From: a virus
Taxonomy: Duplodnaviria; Caudoviricetes
Direction: 5' to 3' (one strand)
DNA length: 42,245 nt
Virus record (IMG/VR): IMGVR_UViG_3300030097_000139
Location: 1 to 42,245 of that record
Below, piece after piece: positions 8,642-18,199 of this stretch. Position 1 is the stretch's first letter; every line of letters begins with the position of its first letter. A program made the position numbers and the translations under genes. The notes beneath the pieces were generated by a model that was given only the letters and a program-made list of their open reading frames with translations, had not been told where the DNA came from and did no database searches.

Positions 8642-9055
8642 ATGGCAAGTAACAAAGAACTAGCCGCGGAAGCGGCAGAGCTGGCGGTAGAACTCGGCAT
8701 CCAAGTAACTACCGACGGCTTGAACAATAAGGCCCTTAGCGCGCTGGTCTCGGACCTGAAAGCTAAGAAGAAGGACGCAGAGCTGCAAACGCAAGCGGAC
8801 GGCGATCAGTCGGACGATAGCGACGGCGACGCGGACGGCGATCAGTCGGACGATAGCGACGGCGACGCGGACGAAGAAGCGGAAGCTGAAGAAGATGAAC
8901 GCGCCCCGGGCGTGTACGTTGCCGACGGCAAGGCCGTAACGTCGAAGATCGGAGTGCTGGCGGAAGGCCGCGCGGTGGAGGCTAAACACTTCGCAGGCGG
9001 TCAAGAAACGCTGGACAATCTGGTCAAGCGCGGCCACTGCGTTAAGGTTGACTAA
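8642..9055 (+). CDS. Head-associated protein with acidic linker (positional equivalent of lambda gpFI)
   Basis: RBS, follows capsid gene; acidic repeat between two small domains. Confidence 0.55.
   Translation: MASNKELAAEAAELAVELGIQVTTDGLNNKALSALVSDLKAKKKDAELQTQADGDQSDDSDGDADGDQSDDSDGDADEEAEAEEDERAPGVYVADGKAVTSKIGVLAEGRAVEAKHFAGGQETLDNLVKRGHCVKVD
8795..8873 (+). repeat. Perfect 36-bp tandem repeat encoding ADGDQSDDSDGD x2
   Basis: GCGGACGGCGATCAGTCGGACGATAGCGACGGCGAC at 8795 and 8831. Confidence 0.92.
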
Positions 9056-9423
9056 TGGACTTGCACCAGTTAGCCGAATCGGATCTGGCTTTCACTCTTG
9101 AGGGTGACGGCCAGACCGTAACACTAACCGCCCCGGACGGAACGACGGCCGACTTTCAGGCGATCAGCAATGATATAAGCCTGCTAATCGACCCGGACAC
9201 GGGCGTGCCGGTGAGCGGCCGCAACGCTAACGTAGCGCTGCGGATCGCCAGCTTGCGCACTGCGGGCCTTGAGTTGCCGAAAGGCATAGAGGATGGCGCA
9301 ACGGTGCCGTGGTTGGTGGATTACACAACGGTGAACGGAGACCAGATCACGGCTAAGGTTATGGCGTCAAACCCTGACCGCGCGATCGGCCTTGTCACCC
9401 TACGGCTGGAGCTGGTGTTATGA
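9055..9423 (+). CDS. Putative head-closure protein (gpFII-like)
   Basis: 122 aa beta-rich, TAATG coupling, neck position. Confidence 0.55.
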   Translation: MDLHQLAESDLAFTLEGDGQTVTLTAPDGTTADFQAISNDISLLIDPDTGVPVSGRNANVALRIASLRTAGLELPKGIEDGATVPWLVDYTTVNGDQITAKVMASNPDRAIGLVTLRLELVL

Positions 9424-10124
9424 CCGCAGTTATCCAACAACTGATCGACAAGCAGGACACATTCGAGATCGTGCGCGATAAAGTGGCGCTAATTCTTGCG
9501 GAAGAGTCAGCGCAGCAACAACAGCTGGCCATTGACGACGGCAAGGACCCGGCACTTTGGAAATTGCGCGTATTCACAGAGCGGACCAACCCTTGGGAGT
9601 TCTTGAGAACTAACGACGGGAAGCCGCCCGCGCTCCTTGAGAACCGCGCGCCAGTTGTTTGCGTGTGGTTCGAGGCTTCCAACATTGACCAACGCGCGTC
9701 CCAGACAATCGACCGCCAGCAAATGGAGGCGACTTTCCACCTTGATGTTTACGGGATCGGAGTCACTGAGATTTTGCCGGGAAGAACGGGCCAGATTGCG
9801 GGCGACGAAGTGGCAGCGAAAGAAGCACAACGCGGGGCGCGATTAGTGCGCAATATCTTGATGGCCGACAGCTACGTCACGCTTGGCATTGACCGGGCTC
9901 TTGGGCTTATTGGCCAGCGGCATATCAGCACGATCCAATCATTCCAGCCAGAATTTGCCAGTCAAAACGCGTGGCAGCTGGCGGGACTGCGGCTGGCGTT
10001 ACAGGTGAAATTGTCCGAACTCGGCCCGCAAACTCCAGCGGTGATACTCGAAGAGTTAAGCGCTATAGTACGCAACGAGAACGGCGAGATCCTGATCGAC
10101 GCCTTATTTGAATCAACGCCATAG
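9420..10124 (+). CDS. Putative tail terminator / neck protein
   Basis: Directly upstream of sheath; ATGA overlap. Confidence 0.55.
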   Translation: MTAVIQQLIDKQDTFEIVRDKVALILAEESAQQQQLAIDDGKDPALWKLRVFTERTNPWEFLRTNDGKPPALLENRAPVVCVWFEASNIDQRASQTIDRQQMEATFHLDVYGIGVTEILPGRTGQIAGDEVAAKEAQRGARLVRNILMADSYVTLGIDRALGLIGQRHISTIQSFQPEFASQNAWQLAGLRLALQVKLSELGPQTPAVILEELSAIVRNENGEILIDALFESTP

Positions 10125-10135
10125 GAGAATAGATC

Positions 10136-11641
10136 ATGGCTTTAAGTACAGCAGTTGACCTTTCCGCAGTCGCGCGAGTGGTCGGCATAAAAACGGAGTT
10201 CGTGAACCTCCGCGGCGGTAATGTGGTGAACCTGCCACAGCGGATCGCGGTGTTCGGGCAGGGCAATAGCGCTGCGACGTACTCAACAGACAAGTACCGC
10301 GTAACCAGCGCCACGCAAGCGGCCGAGCGTTACGGCTTCGGTTCGCCCATTCATTTAGCAGTTAAGCAGCTGCTGCCAGCTAACGGCGACGGTGTAGGCA
10401 CCATTCCGGTGACTATTTACCCGCTGGAAGACGGCGTCGCAGCTATCACGGCTTCGGGTGACATTACGCCGAGCGGCGTTGTCACCAAGGCAGGTGTGGC
10501 CCGTGTAATCGTCAACAACGAACGCTCGCAGGCTTTCGCTATTAACGTCGGCGACTCAGTGGCGGACCTTGTGACTGCAATCACTGCCGCAGTTAATGCG
10601 ATCCTTGACCTGCCGGTTATCGCTACTGACGCAACGCCGGGCACGTCTACAGAAGTAGGCATCGCGGCAAAATGGGCGGGGCCTTCTGGTAATGACCTGA
10701 ACATTTCGATCGAAGGCGGCGAAGATACCGGCGCAACCTTTGCAATCACGCAACCAACCGCGGGTGCAGTTAACCCGGACATTAGCGGCGCACTGGCCCA
10801 AATCGGCAACGTGTGGGAAACGCTGGTCCTTAACTGTCTGAATATCGCCGACACGGATATTCTCGACGAGTTCCAGACCGAAGGCGAAGGCCGCTGGGGT
10901 GCGTTGGTCCGTAAGCCGTTTATGTGCTTCACCGGCAACACCGAAGCGGACGTGGCCACAGCGATCGCCGTTCCAGACGCCCGCAAGACTGACCGCGTTA
11001 ACTCGCAGTTAGTCGCGCCGGGCTCGCTTGACCTGCCGTTCGTGGTAGCCGCTCGCCAGTTGGCACGCATTGCACCGCTTGCTCAGAACAACCCACCGCA
11101 CGACTACGGCAGCCGCACAGCGGACGGCCTGACGCCGGGCACTGACGCAGAGCAGTGGAACTACTTACAACGCGACCAAGCGGTCAAGGGCGGAAGCTCA
11201 ACGATCGAAGTGAAGGACGGCGTTGTGAACTTGTCAGATATTGTGACTTTCTACCACCCGAGCGGCGACCCTACACCGGCCTACCGTTATGTTGTGGACA
11301 TTGTGAAAATTACCAATATTCTGTTTAACTTGGATCTGACGTTTGCCAACCCTGAGTGGGACGGCGCGCCGTTAATCCCCGACAACCAAGCGACAACCAA
11401 CCGCACGGCCAAAAAGCCGAAGATGGCAGTCGCAGCCGTTGCCGCGCTTATTGACCAACTGGCGCTGGGTGCTTTCATTAGCGACCCGGATTTTGCCAAG
11501 GACAACACGCTGGCCGCGATTAACGACCAGAACCCTAAACGCCTAGACGTTGCCACCACAATGAAAATAAGCGGAAATACTAATATTATTTCTGTAGACT
11601 TTAATTGGGGCTTCTTCTTCGGCACAACCCCGACAGTATAA
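10136..11641 (+). CDS. Contractile tail sheath protein (Mu gpL-like)
   Basis: 501 aa; A..YGFGS motif, AKWAGPSGN, DQNPKRLDV C-terminus. Confidence 0.9.
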   Translation: MALSTAVDLSAVARVVGIKTEFVNLRGGNVVNLPQRIAVFGQGNSAATYSTDKYRVTSATQAAERYGFGSPIHLAVKQLLPANGDGVGTIPVTIYPLEDGVAAITASGDITPSGVVTKAGVARVIVNNERSQAFAINVGDSVADLVTAITAAVNAILDLPVIATDATPGTSTEVGIAAKWAGPSGNDLNISIEGGEDTGATFAITQPTAGAVNPDISGALAQIGNVWETLVLNCLNIADTDILDEFQTEGEGRWGALVRKPFMCFTGNTEADVATAIAVPDARKTDRVNSQLVAPGSLDLPFVVAARQLARIAPLAQNNPPHDYGSRTADGLTPGTDAEQWNYLQRDQAVKGGSSTIEVKDGVVNLSDIVTFYHPSGDPTPAYRYVVDIVKITNILFNLDLTFANPEWDGAPLIPDNQATTNRTAKKPKMAVAAVAALIDQLALGAFISDPDFAKDNTLAAINDQNPKRLDVATTMKISGNTNIISVDFNWGFFFGTTPTV

Positions 11642-11654
11642 GGAGGGCTAAATC

Positions 11655-12038
11655 ATGCCAGCAATTGCAGGCTCTATGGAGTCAATCACCATCGACGGCC
11701 GCTCCTTCGCAGTGACCGCCGACGCGGACACGTCGCGCAAGTTGGGCGGCTTTGAGAATGAGGTACAGAGCAACGGGGACGGCACGGCCCGAACCGTTAA
11801 AACTCGTGTGCCTTGGTCACTGACCGGCGTTGTTATCGAGATCGACGACACGGCGGGCGATCAAGAGTTCTTGCAAAGTTTGCAAAACTCAAACCGCAAC
11901 GTGCCGATCACGGCGACTTACGTTAGCGGTGTTTCGTACCAAGCAACCGGCCAAGTTGTCGGCGAGGTGGTATTCAGCAACCAGTCAAGCTCCGCATCGT
12001 TGGATTTATCCGGCAGCGGCGAAATGACGCCACAGTAA
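11655..12038 (+). CDS. Tail tube protein
   Basis: 127 aa beta-rich gene immediately after sheath with AGGAGG RBS. Confidence 0.8.
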   Translation: MPAIAGSMESITIDGRSFAVTADADTSRKLGGFENEVQSNGDGTARTVKTRVPWSLTGVVIEIDDTAGDQEFLQSLQNSNRNVPITATYVSGVSYQATGQVVGEVVFSNQSSSASLDLSGSGEMTPQ

Positions 12039-12046
12039 ACAGGTTT

Positions 12047-12111
12047 TGCGCCGCACGGTACGTCCTGACCCTTTGCCCGGTTCGCCGGGGTGCGGCGCAC
12101 TTTAACAGGAC
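12047..12111 (+). promoter_or_regulatory. Structured RNA element (multi-stem, possible pseudoknot with downstream RBS)
   Basis: Perfect 10-bp stem 12047-12056/12090-12099; inner CCCGG-TTCG-CCGGG hairpin; GTCCTG(12062-67) complementary to CAGGAC(12106-11). Confidence 0.55.
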
Positions 12112-12117
12112 AAGACA

Positions 12118-12516
12118 ATGAACAAAGTAGCAAACGAAGTAGCACAACAAGAGTTTGAACGCTGGGCCGAAGTATTCGAGATCGACATTAGCACCGATAC
12201 GCTGGACCCGGAAGAGTTGAAAGCCTTTGAAGCGTTCAAGGCTAAATTTATCAAACGCGTAGAAACTGGCGCACTGACCGTTGACGAAGACGGCGTGATT
12301 GAGTTCACCCCGCGAGGCGACAGCGAAGACGCGCTGAAGTTTGACGAGCCGACCGGCTCCCTATTATCCGCACGCCAAAAGAACGACACCGATATTCAGG
12401 CCGCCCGCCGTGTGCTGGCAGCGTGGGCGAGCGTTCCGCCTAAGCGCTTCGCGGATATGAAGCTGCGCGACTTCAACTTCTGCTCGGAGCTGCTGGCTTT
12501 TTTCGGCAATTCGTGA
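12118..12516 (+). CDS. Tail assembly chaperone (gpG-like)
   Basis: Between tube and tape measure genes; ends with slippery T TTT TTC. Confidence 0.8.
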   Translation: MNKVANEVAQQEFERWAEVFEIDISTDTLDPEELKAFEAFKAKFIKRVETGALTVDEDGVIEFTPRGDSEDALKFDEPTGSLLSARQKNDTDIQAARRVLAAWASVPPKRFADMKLRDFNFCSELLAFFGNS

Positions 12517-12707
12517 CCGTCGAGTTAGTCCGCGGTGGCCGCTCGCTACGGTGCCGCGGCATTACCGCCGTGCAATCGGCGCTTTTGCAGATTGCACGAG
12601 ACTATGCGGGACTCCCTGACGTTCGCGAGCTAAAATTAAGCGAGATTCTTTTTTATTATGACGGGCTACGCGGGGAATTAGAACAACGCACAGCACCACG
12701 GAGCTAG
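12498..12707 (+). CDS. -1 frameshift extension of tail chaperone (gpGT-like)
   Basis: Heptamer TTTTTTC at 12498-12504; -1 frame reads CGG CAA TTC GTG ACC... open to TAG 12707. Confidence 0.75.
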   Translation, partial: FFRQFVTVELVRGGRSLRCRGITAVQSALLQIARDYAGLPDVRELKLSEILFYYDGLRGELEQRTAPRS

Positions 12708-12711
12708 AAGC

Positions 12712-14619
12712 ATGGCAACAAAATTTGCAGTCGAGACGATATTCAAAGCGGTGGACAAGGTGTCCGGCCCGCTCACTCGCATGACTTCCAGCGTTAACCG
12801 TTTCGCCAACCGCGCCGAGCGCAGCCTCGGCCGTGTCAATAAGTCCCTGAACTCCACCAGCAACGCTATCACCGGCGGCATTAAGGCCACCACCGCAGCG
12901 GCCGCAGCCAGCGGCGCAGCACTTGCCAAGGTCACACAGACCGGCGCAGACTTTGAACAACAGATCACCAACGCGGCGGCTAAATTCCCGGGCGAGATTC
13001 GCAGGGGCACCGAAGCCTTCGCGCAACTTGAGGCAGCCGCCCGAGAAGTCGGAGCCACCACCGAGTTCTCCGCGTCCCAAGCTGCGGGCGCGATCGACTT
13101 CTTGGCGATGGCCGGTTTTGACGCTGAACAGTCGATAGGCGCATTGCCTAAAATTGTGGACTTAGCCACCGCCGCCAACCTCGACCTAGCCACCGCCGCC
13201 GACATTGCCTCGGACGCGTTGGGCCAGTTCAACATGACGAGCGAGGACACGGAGCAACAGACCAAGAACCTAGCCCGGATCATGGACGTTATGACGAGAA
13301 CCGCCACCACGGCGAACGTGACCGTGGACGGTCTCTTTGAGACGTACAAGCAGGCCGCGCCGGTAGCCACCGCTGCGGGGCAGTCAATCGAAACACTTAA
13401 CGCCCTGACAGGCACGCTGGCTAACTCAGGCATTAAGGCGTCACAGTCGGGCACCGCTCTTCGCGCAGTATTCGGACGACTACAAGCACCCACCGGCCAA
13501 GCGGCCGCCGTCATTGAGCGGCTGGGCATTCAGACCCGGGACGCCGAAGGCAACATGCTAGACGTGATCGACATTCTCGGCCAAATGGGCACGGCCCTTG
13601 ACGGCTTCGGCACCAGTCAGCGTGCGGAAGTTCTAAAAACCGTATTCGGGGAAGAGCCGATCGCAGCTGTTAACGTGCTGCTTGCCACGGGCTCCAAAGA
13701 GCTGAACCGATACCGCGGGCAGCTGGAACAGGCGGCGGGCGCTAGCGGAAAGCTGGCTGCAGTAATGCGGGACACCACCCGGGCGGACATTAACGGCATG
13801 AACTCAGCTATTGAAGGGCTGACAATCACGCTATTTGATTTAAACAAAGACGGCATCCGCGAGACGCTGGGCGGCTTCACGAGCTGGATTCGCGCCATTG
13901 ACCAGACATTGCAGAGCAACGAAGCGCTGGGCAGGGCCGTAGGCCAAGACGTGCTCAACGCCGTGATTAACTTAGGCAAAGCAATCATTGTGCTGACCGG
14001 CCTTGTGGTCGCGCTCAAGGTTGCCAGCATTGCCACCAGCACGGCGATCCTTGCCTTTAAAACGGCCAGCATGTTAGCCACTGCGGCGACTTGGGCTTGG
14101 TCCACTGCTACCGCGGCTATGCCTGCCATTCTCGCCACTGCACGGGCCGCTATGCTGGCGTTTAACATTGTGCTATGGGCTAACCCTATCGGCGTAGTTA
14201 TCGGGGCCATAACGGCGCTGGTTGCTATTGCTGCGCTATTGATCGCCAACTGGGACAAGGTGACGGCCTTCTTCGTCGGTTTGTGGGAAGGCATCAAGGG
14301 CGCATTTGTTACCGCAATCGACGGCATAATGGCGGTCGTTAACCCGTTCATTGAAGTGGTTAACAGCGTGCGGAGTATCTGGGACAAACTGCGGGGCACA
14401 GTATCGGAGCCAATCGAAGCCGAGATCAACACCCGCCAGAACGTGATCAGCACCGCAGGCGACGGCGTGGTGAGCCCACAAGAGGGGATCATGCGCTCAA
14501 TTAACGAGAACAAGAGTAGCGCCGAAGTGACGCTACGCAACGAAACAAACGCGACAGCGGAGGTCAGCCAGCAACGCGGGCCAATGAACCTCCAGATCGC
14601 TAACTCGGGGGCCTTCTAA
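12712..14619 (+). CDS. Tail tape measure protein (TP901-type core)
   Basis: ATTEFSASQAAGAIDFLAMAG, GIKASQSGTALR, ANPIG motifs; Ala-rich. Confidence 0.93.
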   Translation: MATKFAVETIFKAVDKVSGPLTRMTSSVNRFANRAERSLGRVNKSLNSTSNAITGGIKATTAAAAASGAALAKVTQTGADFEQQITNAAAKFPGEIRRGTEAFAQLEAAAREVGATTEFSASQAAGAIDFLAMAGFDAEQSIGALPKIVDLATAANLDLATAADIASDALGQFNMTSEDTEQQTKNLARIMDVMTRTATTANVTVDGLFETYKQAAPVATAAGQSIETLNALTGTLANSGIKASQSGTALRAVFGRLQAPTGQAAAVIERLGIQTRDAEGNMLDVIDILGQMGTALDGFGTSQRAEVLKTVFGEEPIAAVNVLLATGSKELNRYRGQLEQAAGASGKLAAVMRDTTRADINGMNSAIEGLTITLFDLNKDGIRETLGGFTSWIRAIDQTLQSNEALGRAVGQDVLNAVINLGKAIIVLTGLVVALKVASIATSTAILAFKTASMLATAATWAWSTATAAMPAILATARAAMLAFNIVLWANPIGVVIGAITALVAIAALLIANWDKVTAFFVGLWEGIKGAFVTAIDGIMAVVNPFIEVVNSVRSIWDKLRGTVSEPIEAEINTRQNVISTAGDGVVSPQEGIMRSINENKSSAEVTLRNETNATAEVSQQRGPMNLQIANSGAF

Positions 14620-15944
14620 TGCCATGGCAAGACCGGCTGCGCGAAGCAGCCTACCGATCACCAAACGGCACGCGGACTGTCTTCACGTTCCAAGACGTGT
14701 CGCGCGTGGCCGAGAAGAAAACAAGCGCTTTTAACTTCCCGGACGCAGACGGAACGCTGGTCCAAGACTTAGGGCGCAAAGGCCGCCGCTACCCGCTTCG
14801 GGTGATATTCGCAGGCGACGACCACGACATTGAGGCGGACACCTTCGAGCAAACGCTATTAGAGCGCGGCGCGGGCGTACTTGAGCACCCACGCTACGGC
14901 CAAGTTGACGTGGTGCCCTTTGGCGAGATAACCCAACGCGACGACTTGAAGACACGCGCAAACCAGACAGTGATCGAGGTCGTATTCTGGGCCACTATCG
15001 GCACGGCTTACCCGACCGGGCAAGCAGACGGGGCCGCGGAGGCACTGGCCGCAGTTGACGCATACACCGAAGCCGCTAGCGAACAGCTAGAAGAGGCGCT
15101 GCAGATTGACACCCAGATCGAGGAGGTCACGTTCCGCGACCAGTGGGACGGCTTCTTGGATAACGTCGAAAGCTCGATGGCCGAAGTGGCCGAAGTGCAA
15201 GAGGACATAGCGCGCCAATTTAACGACATTAACGACAGCATTAACCGAGGCCTTGACGTACTTGTCGGCGAGCCTTTGACCTTGGCTTTCCAGACCCTCG
15301 CACTAATCAAAGCGCCCGCGCGTGCAGCGGCTCAGATTGAAGCCCGGCTCAACGCCTACGGCGACTTGGCCACCAGCATTACCAATGGCGGCTCTAACCG
15401 TATCGGCACCGGGTCCGCAGGCACACCGCAGACAGTACAGCCGACGAACGACAACCGGGCGGCTAATGAACTGGCCTCGCGTGAAGTGTTCGCGCAAGGT
15501 GCGATCGCGGGGTCCGTAACGTCCACCATGACGGCCGCGCAATCGCCGGAAGACGAGGGCGGCTATGACACCCAGCCGCAGGCAATCGCCGCGGCTGAAC
15601 AGCTGCTGGATCAGTTCGAGCAGGTCACAGACTGGGCCGATCAGAACTACCGCGAACTGGACGGCACGGGCATAGAAGCCCGCCCAGTGGTTGACACGGG
15701 CGCAGGCTACCAGCAATTGCAGAAGGCCGTCGCGCTTGCTGCCGGTGAGTTGGTCCGCTTAGCGTTCAACCTTCGCCAAGAGCGCCGGATCGTGCTTGAC
15801 CGTGCGCGCTCGCTTTATGACTTCGTCGGCGAGTATTACGGCGACATTGACGCGAACTTAGATTTTTTCATTAACTCCAATGACCTGACAGGCTCGGAGA
15901 TATTGGAGCTGCCCAAGGGGCGCACGGTGGTAGTGTATGGCTAG
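14619..15944 (+). CDS. DNA circularization / tail-baseplate protein (Mu gpN-like)
   Basis: W..RLR.A.Y, VQDLGRKGR, GVLEHPRYG motifs; C-terminal LysM-like segment. Confidence 0.85.
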   Translation: MPWQDRLREAAYRSPNGTRTVFTFQDVSRVAEKKTSAFNFPDADGTLVQDLGRKGRRYPLRVIFAGDDHDIEADTFEQTLLERGAGVLEHPRYGQVDVVPFGEITQRDDLKTRANQTVIEVVFWATIGTAYPTGQADGAAEALAAVDAYTEAASEQLEEALQIDTQIEEVTFRDQWDGFLDNVESSMAEVAEVQEDIARQFNDINDSINRGLDVLVGEPLTLAFQTLALIKAPARAAAQIEARLNAYGDLATSITNGGSNRIGTGSAGTPQTVQPTNDNRAANELASREVFAQGAIAGSVTSTMTAAQSPEDEGGYDTQPQAIAAAEQLLDQFEQVTDWADQNYRELDGTGIEARPVVDTGAGYQQLQKAVALAAGELVRLAFNLRQERRIVLDRARSLYDFVGEYYGDIDANLDFFINSNDLTGSEILELPKGRTVVVYG

Positions 15945-17169
15945 CATAACAACCCGCAAGGGGGACACGTTCGACCTACTGGCCCGCAGAGCATACGGCG
16001 ACGATCAACAGTCGGCGCTACTTCGCTCGGCCAACCCGGGCGCGGTTGAACCATTCGAGGAGGGCGTGGTGCTTACCGCGCCAGACCAACCGACAGCACC
16101 GAAGAACAAACCGCCAACGGTACAAGCTGACAACCCTAGCGAGCTGGCCCTTCTTATCAACGGGCAGCGCTTCCGCTTTTGGACGGGGATCAGCATTACC
16201 CGGTCGATCGACAGCATGGACACGCTAAGCATTTCGGCACCTTTCGAGCCAGACGACCGCGGATTCCGTGAAACTTTTAAGCCGTTCGCTTTTGCGCCCG
16301 TCAACGTCAACGTGGGCGGCGCTCCGCTGTTTACCGGCACAATGTTGAGCGTTGACCCAGACTTAAAGGAAGACGGCCGCACAGTGGCCGCAGCGTGCTA
16401 TTCCGTGCCCGCCGTTACCGGCGATTGCACAGCGCCCGCCAGCGCGTACCCGCTGGAATGGGACGGGGCAAAACTCAGAACGATAGCTGAAGCAATCGCG
16501 GCACCTTTCGGCCTGTCGGTAGTGTTTGACGCGGACGAGGGGGCCGTCTTTGAACGGGTGGCCCTCAAGCCCGGGGAAAAGGTGCTGCCGTTCCTCATTA
16601 AGCTGGCGCAACAACGCGGCCTGCTGGTGAGCAGTACCGAACGCGGCGAGCTGCTTTTTACCAAGTCGATCGCGCCGGGGCAACCTGCCGCGCGGTTGGT
16701 CGAGGGGGCTTCTCCGCTGGTGGACGTGGTGCCAGTATTCAACCCGCAGGACTACTACAGCGAGATCACCGGCATAGAGCCAATGGTGGTCGGACTTCGT
16801 GGCGGTCAAGTGACGGTACGCAACCCGCGGCTGCGCGGCATTGTGCGGCCGCTGGCTTTCGAGGTATCGGACACCGTGAACGCTGACATTGAAGCGGCCT
16901 GCAACGCCAAGGCGGGGCGCATGTTCGCCAACGTCGTGAACTACTCGTGCAACGTCGCAACGTGGCGGGACCCTTCCGGCAATATCTGGAAGCCTAACAC
17001 CACCGTGACTATTGACGCCCCGGGCGCTATGATTTACGGGGAATATGAATTTTTAGTGCGTGCGGTTACGCTGTCACGCACCAGCGACGGGGGCGAGCTG
17101 GCCACGCTGGCTTTGACCATTCCCGGCGCATTTGATAGCAAGATCCCGGAGGCCCTACCGTGGGACTAA
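15937..17169 (+). CDS. Baseplate hub (Mu gpP-like) with N-terminal LysM/tail-X-like domain
   Basis: GDTFDLLARRAYG...ANP N-terminus; ITRSID, WKPNTTV motifs. Confidence 0.85.
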   Translation: MASITTRKGDTFDLLARRAYGDDQQSALLRSANPGAVEPFEEGVVLTAPDQPTAPKNKPPTVQADNPSELALLINGQRFRFWTGISITRSIDSMDTLSISAPFEPDDRGFRETFKPFAFAPVNVNVGGAPLFTGTMLSVDPDLKEDGRTVAAACYSVPAVTGDCTAPASAYPLEWDGAKLRTIAEAIAAPFGLSVVFDADEGAVFERVALKPGEKVLPFLIKLAQQRGLLVSSTERGELLFTKSIAPGQPAARLVEGASPLVDVVPVFNPQDYYSEITGIEPMVVGLRGGQVTVRNPRLRGIVRPLAFEVSDTVNADIEAACNAKAGRMFANVVNYSCNVATWRDPSGNIWKPNTTVTIDAPGAMIYGEYEFLVRAVTLSRTSDGGELATLALTIPGAFDSKIPEALPWD

Positions 17170-17765
17170 TTGCAAAGGTTTTATCATACACGCGGATCGC
17201 TGACCGCTTCGGGGCCAAAGTCTCGGACGTTAAGCACGACCCGGGCGGCGGTGCCAATGAGACCGGCGAGCACTTCCAAGCTGCCAACCAAGACGCCGTG
17301 CCGTTGCCGGGTGACTACCTGTTAACCGTCAGCGTGCAGCGTACCGGCGGCGAAGTCGTGGTCGGGTTCATTGACCCGAAGCAAGAACAAACCGCACAGC
17401 CGGGCGAGTACCGGGCCTACGCTCGGGACGCTGACGGCGCGCAGGTCGTGCAGATCCATTTGAAGCAGGACGGCACGGCGGTAATTAACAACGCCGAAGC
17501 AACGGTCGAAATGAAACCGTCGGGCGAGGTCAGCACGCAGAACGCTAGCGGCTTTTATAAGCTATTGGCTAGCGGAGTGGTTGACATTAACGGCTTTACT
17601 ATCAACACAGACGGCTCCGCGGAAAGTCCGGTCAGCGTAACAGCTCCGACCGTAGACGGCACAAGCAGCGTGCAGGCGGCGGGCAAAGAGCTAGTCGACC
17701 ACACCCACGCCGGTTCACCAACTGCGCCAAGCGGCCCAGTATCACCAACGGGGGCTAACCAATAA
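17160..17765 (+). CDS. Baseplate central spike (Mu gp45 / P2 gpV-like)
   Basis: PLPGD, PGEYRAY motifs; C-terminal HTH (HxH) metal-binding tip motif. Confidence 0.85.
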   Translation: MGLIAKVLSYTRIADRFGAKVSDVKHDPGGGANETGEHFQAANQDAVPLPGDYLLTVSVQRTGGEVVVGFIDPKQEQTAQPGEYRAYARDADGAQVVQIHLKQDGTAVINNAEATVEMKPSGEVSTQNASGFYKLLASGVVDINGFTINTDGSAESPVSVTAPTVDGTSSVQAAGKELVDHTHAGSPTAPSGPVSPTGANQ

Positions 17766-18199
17766 TGACGGACGTACTATTATTTCAAACAGACGATAAC
17801 GGCGAAATGGAGATCGAGGGGGGGCGTGTTACGCTCTCCCCCGGCTTGGACACGGCTGCCTACTTGTCGCTATTCGGGGGCAACTGGAAGGACGACGGCA
17901 GCCAGAACAACCGCCAGACATGGTGGGGCAATCTGGACGAGGCCGAGCCGTCCAAACGCTACCGCAGCGAGACCCAGTTCCTACTCGGCACGATCCCGGC
18001 TATCCCTCGCAATTTGCGGCGTATTGAAGACGCGGCCACGCGCGATCTGCAATGGCTGCTGGACGAGTCGATCGCCAGCTCTCTGACCGTTTCTGCTAGC
18101 TTAATCGGGCTTAATCGTGTAAAAATAGAGATTGTGATCCGTGCGGAGGGCGACGAGTCGCAGTTCAGCTATACTGAAAATTGGAGGGCAAGCACATAA
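17765..18199 (+). CDS. Baseplate protein, Mu gp46-like
   Basis: L.TA.YLSLF, WWG, A...LQWL motifs. Confidence 0.85.
   Translation: MTDVLLFQTDDNGEMEIEGGRVTLSPGLDTAAYLSLFGGNWKDDGSQNNRQTWWGNLDEAEPSKRYRSETQFLLGTIPAIPRNLRRIEDAATRDLQWLLDESIASSLTVSASLIGLNRVKIEIVIRAEGDESQFSYTENWRAST

Noticed and set aside
13617-14540. 307-aa minus-strand ORF (also 12678..13529 and 10417..11070)
   Set aside because: Antisense shadows of the tape measure and sheath genes, expected at high GC; no motifs
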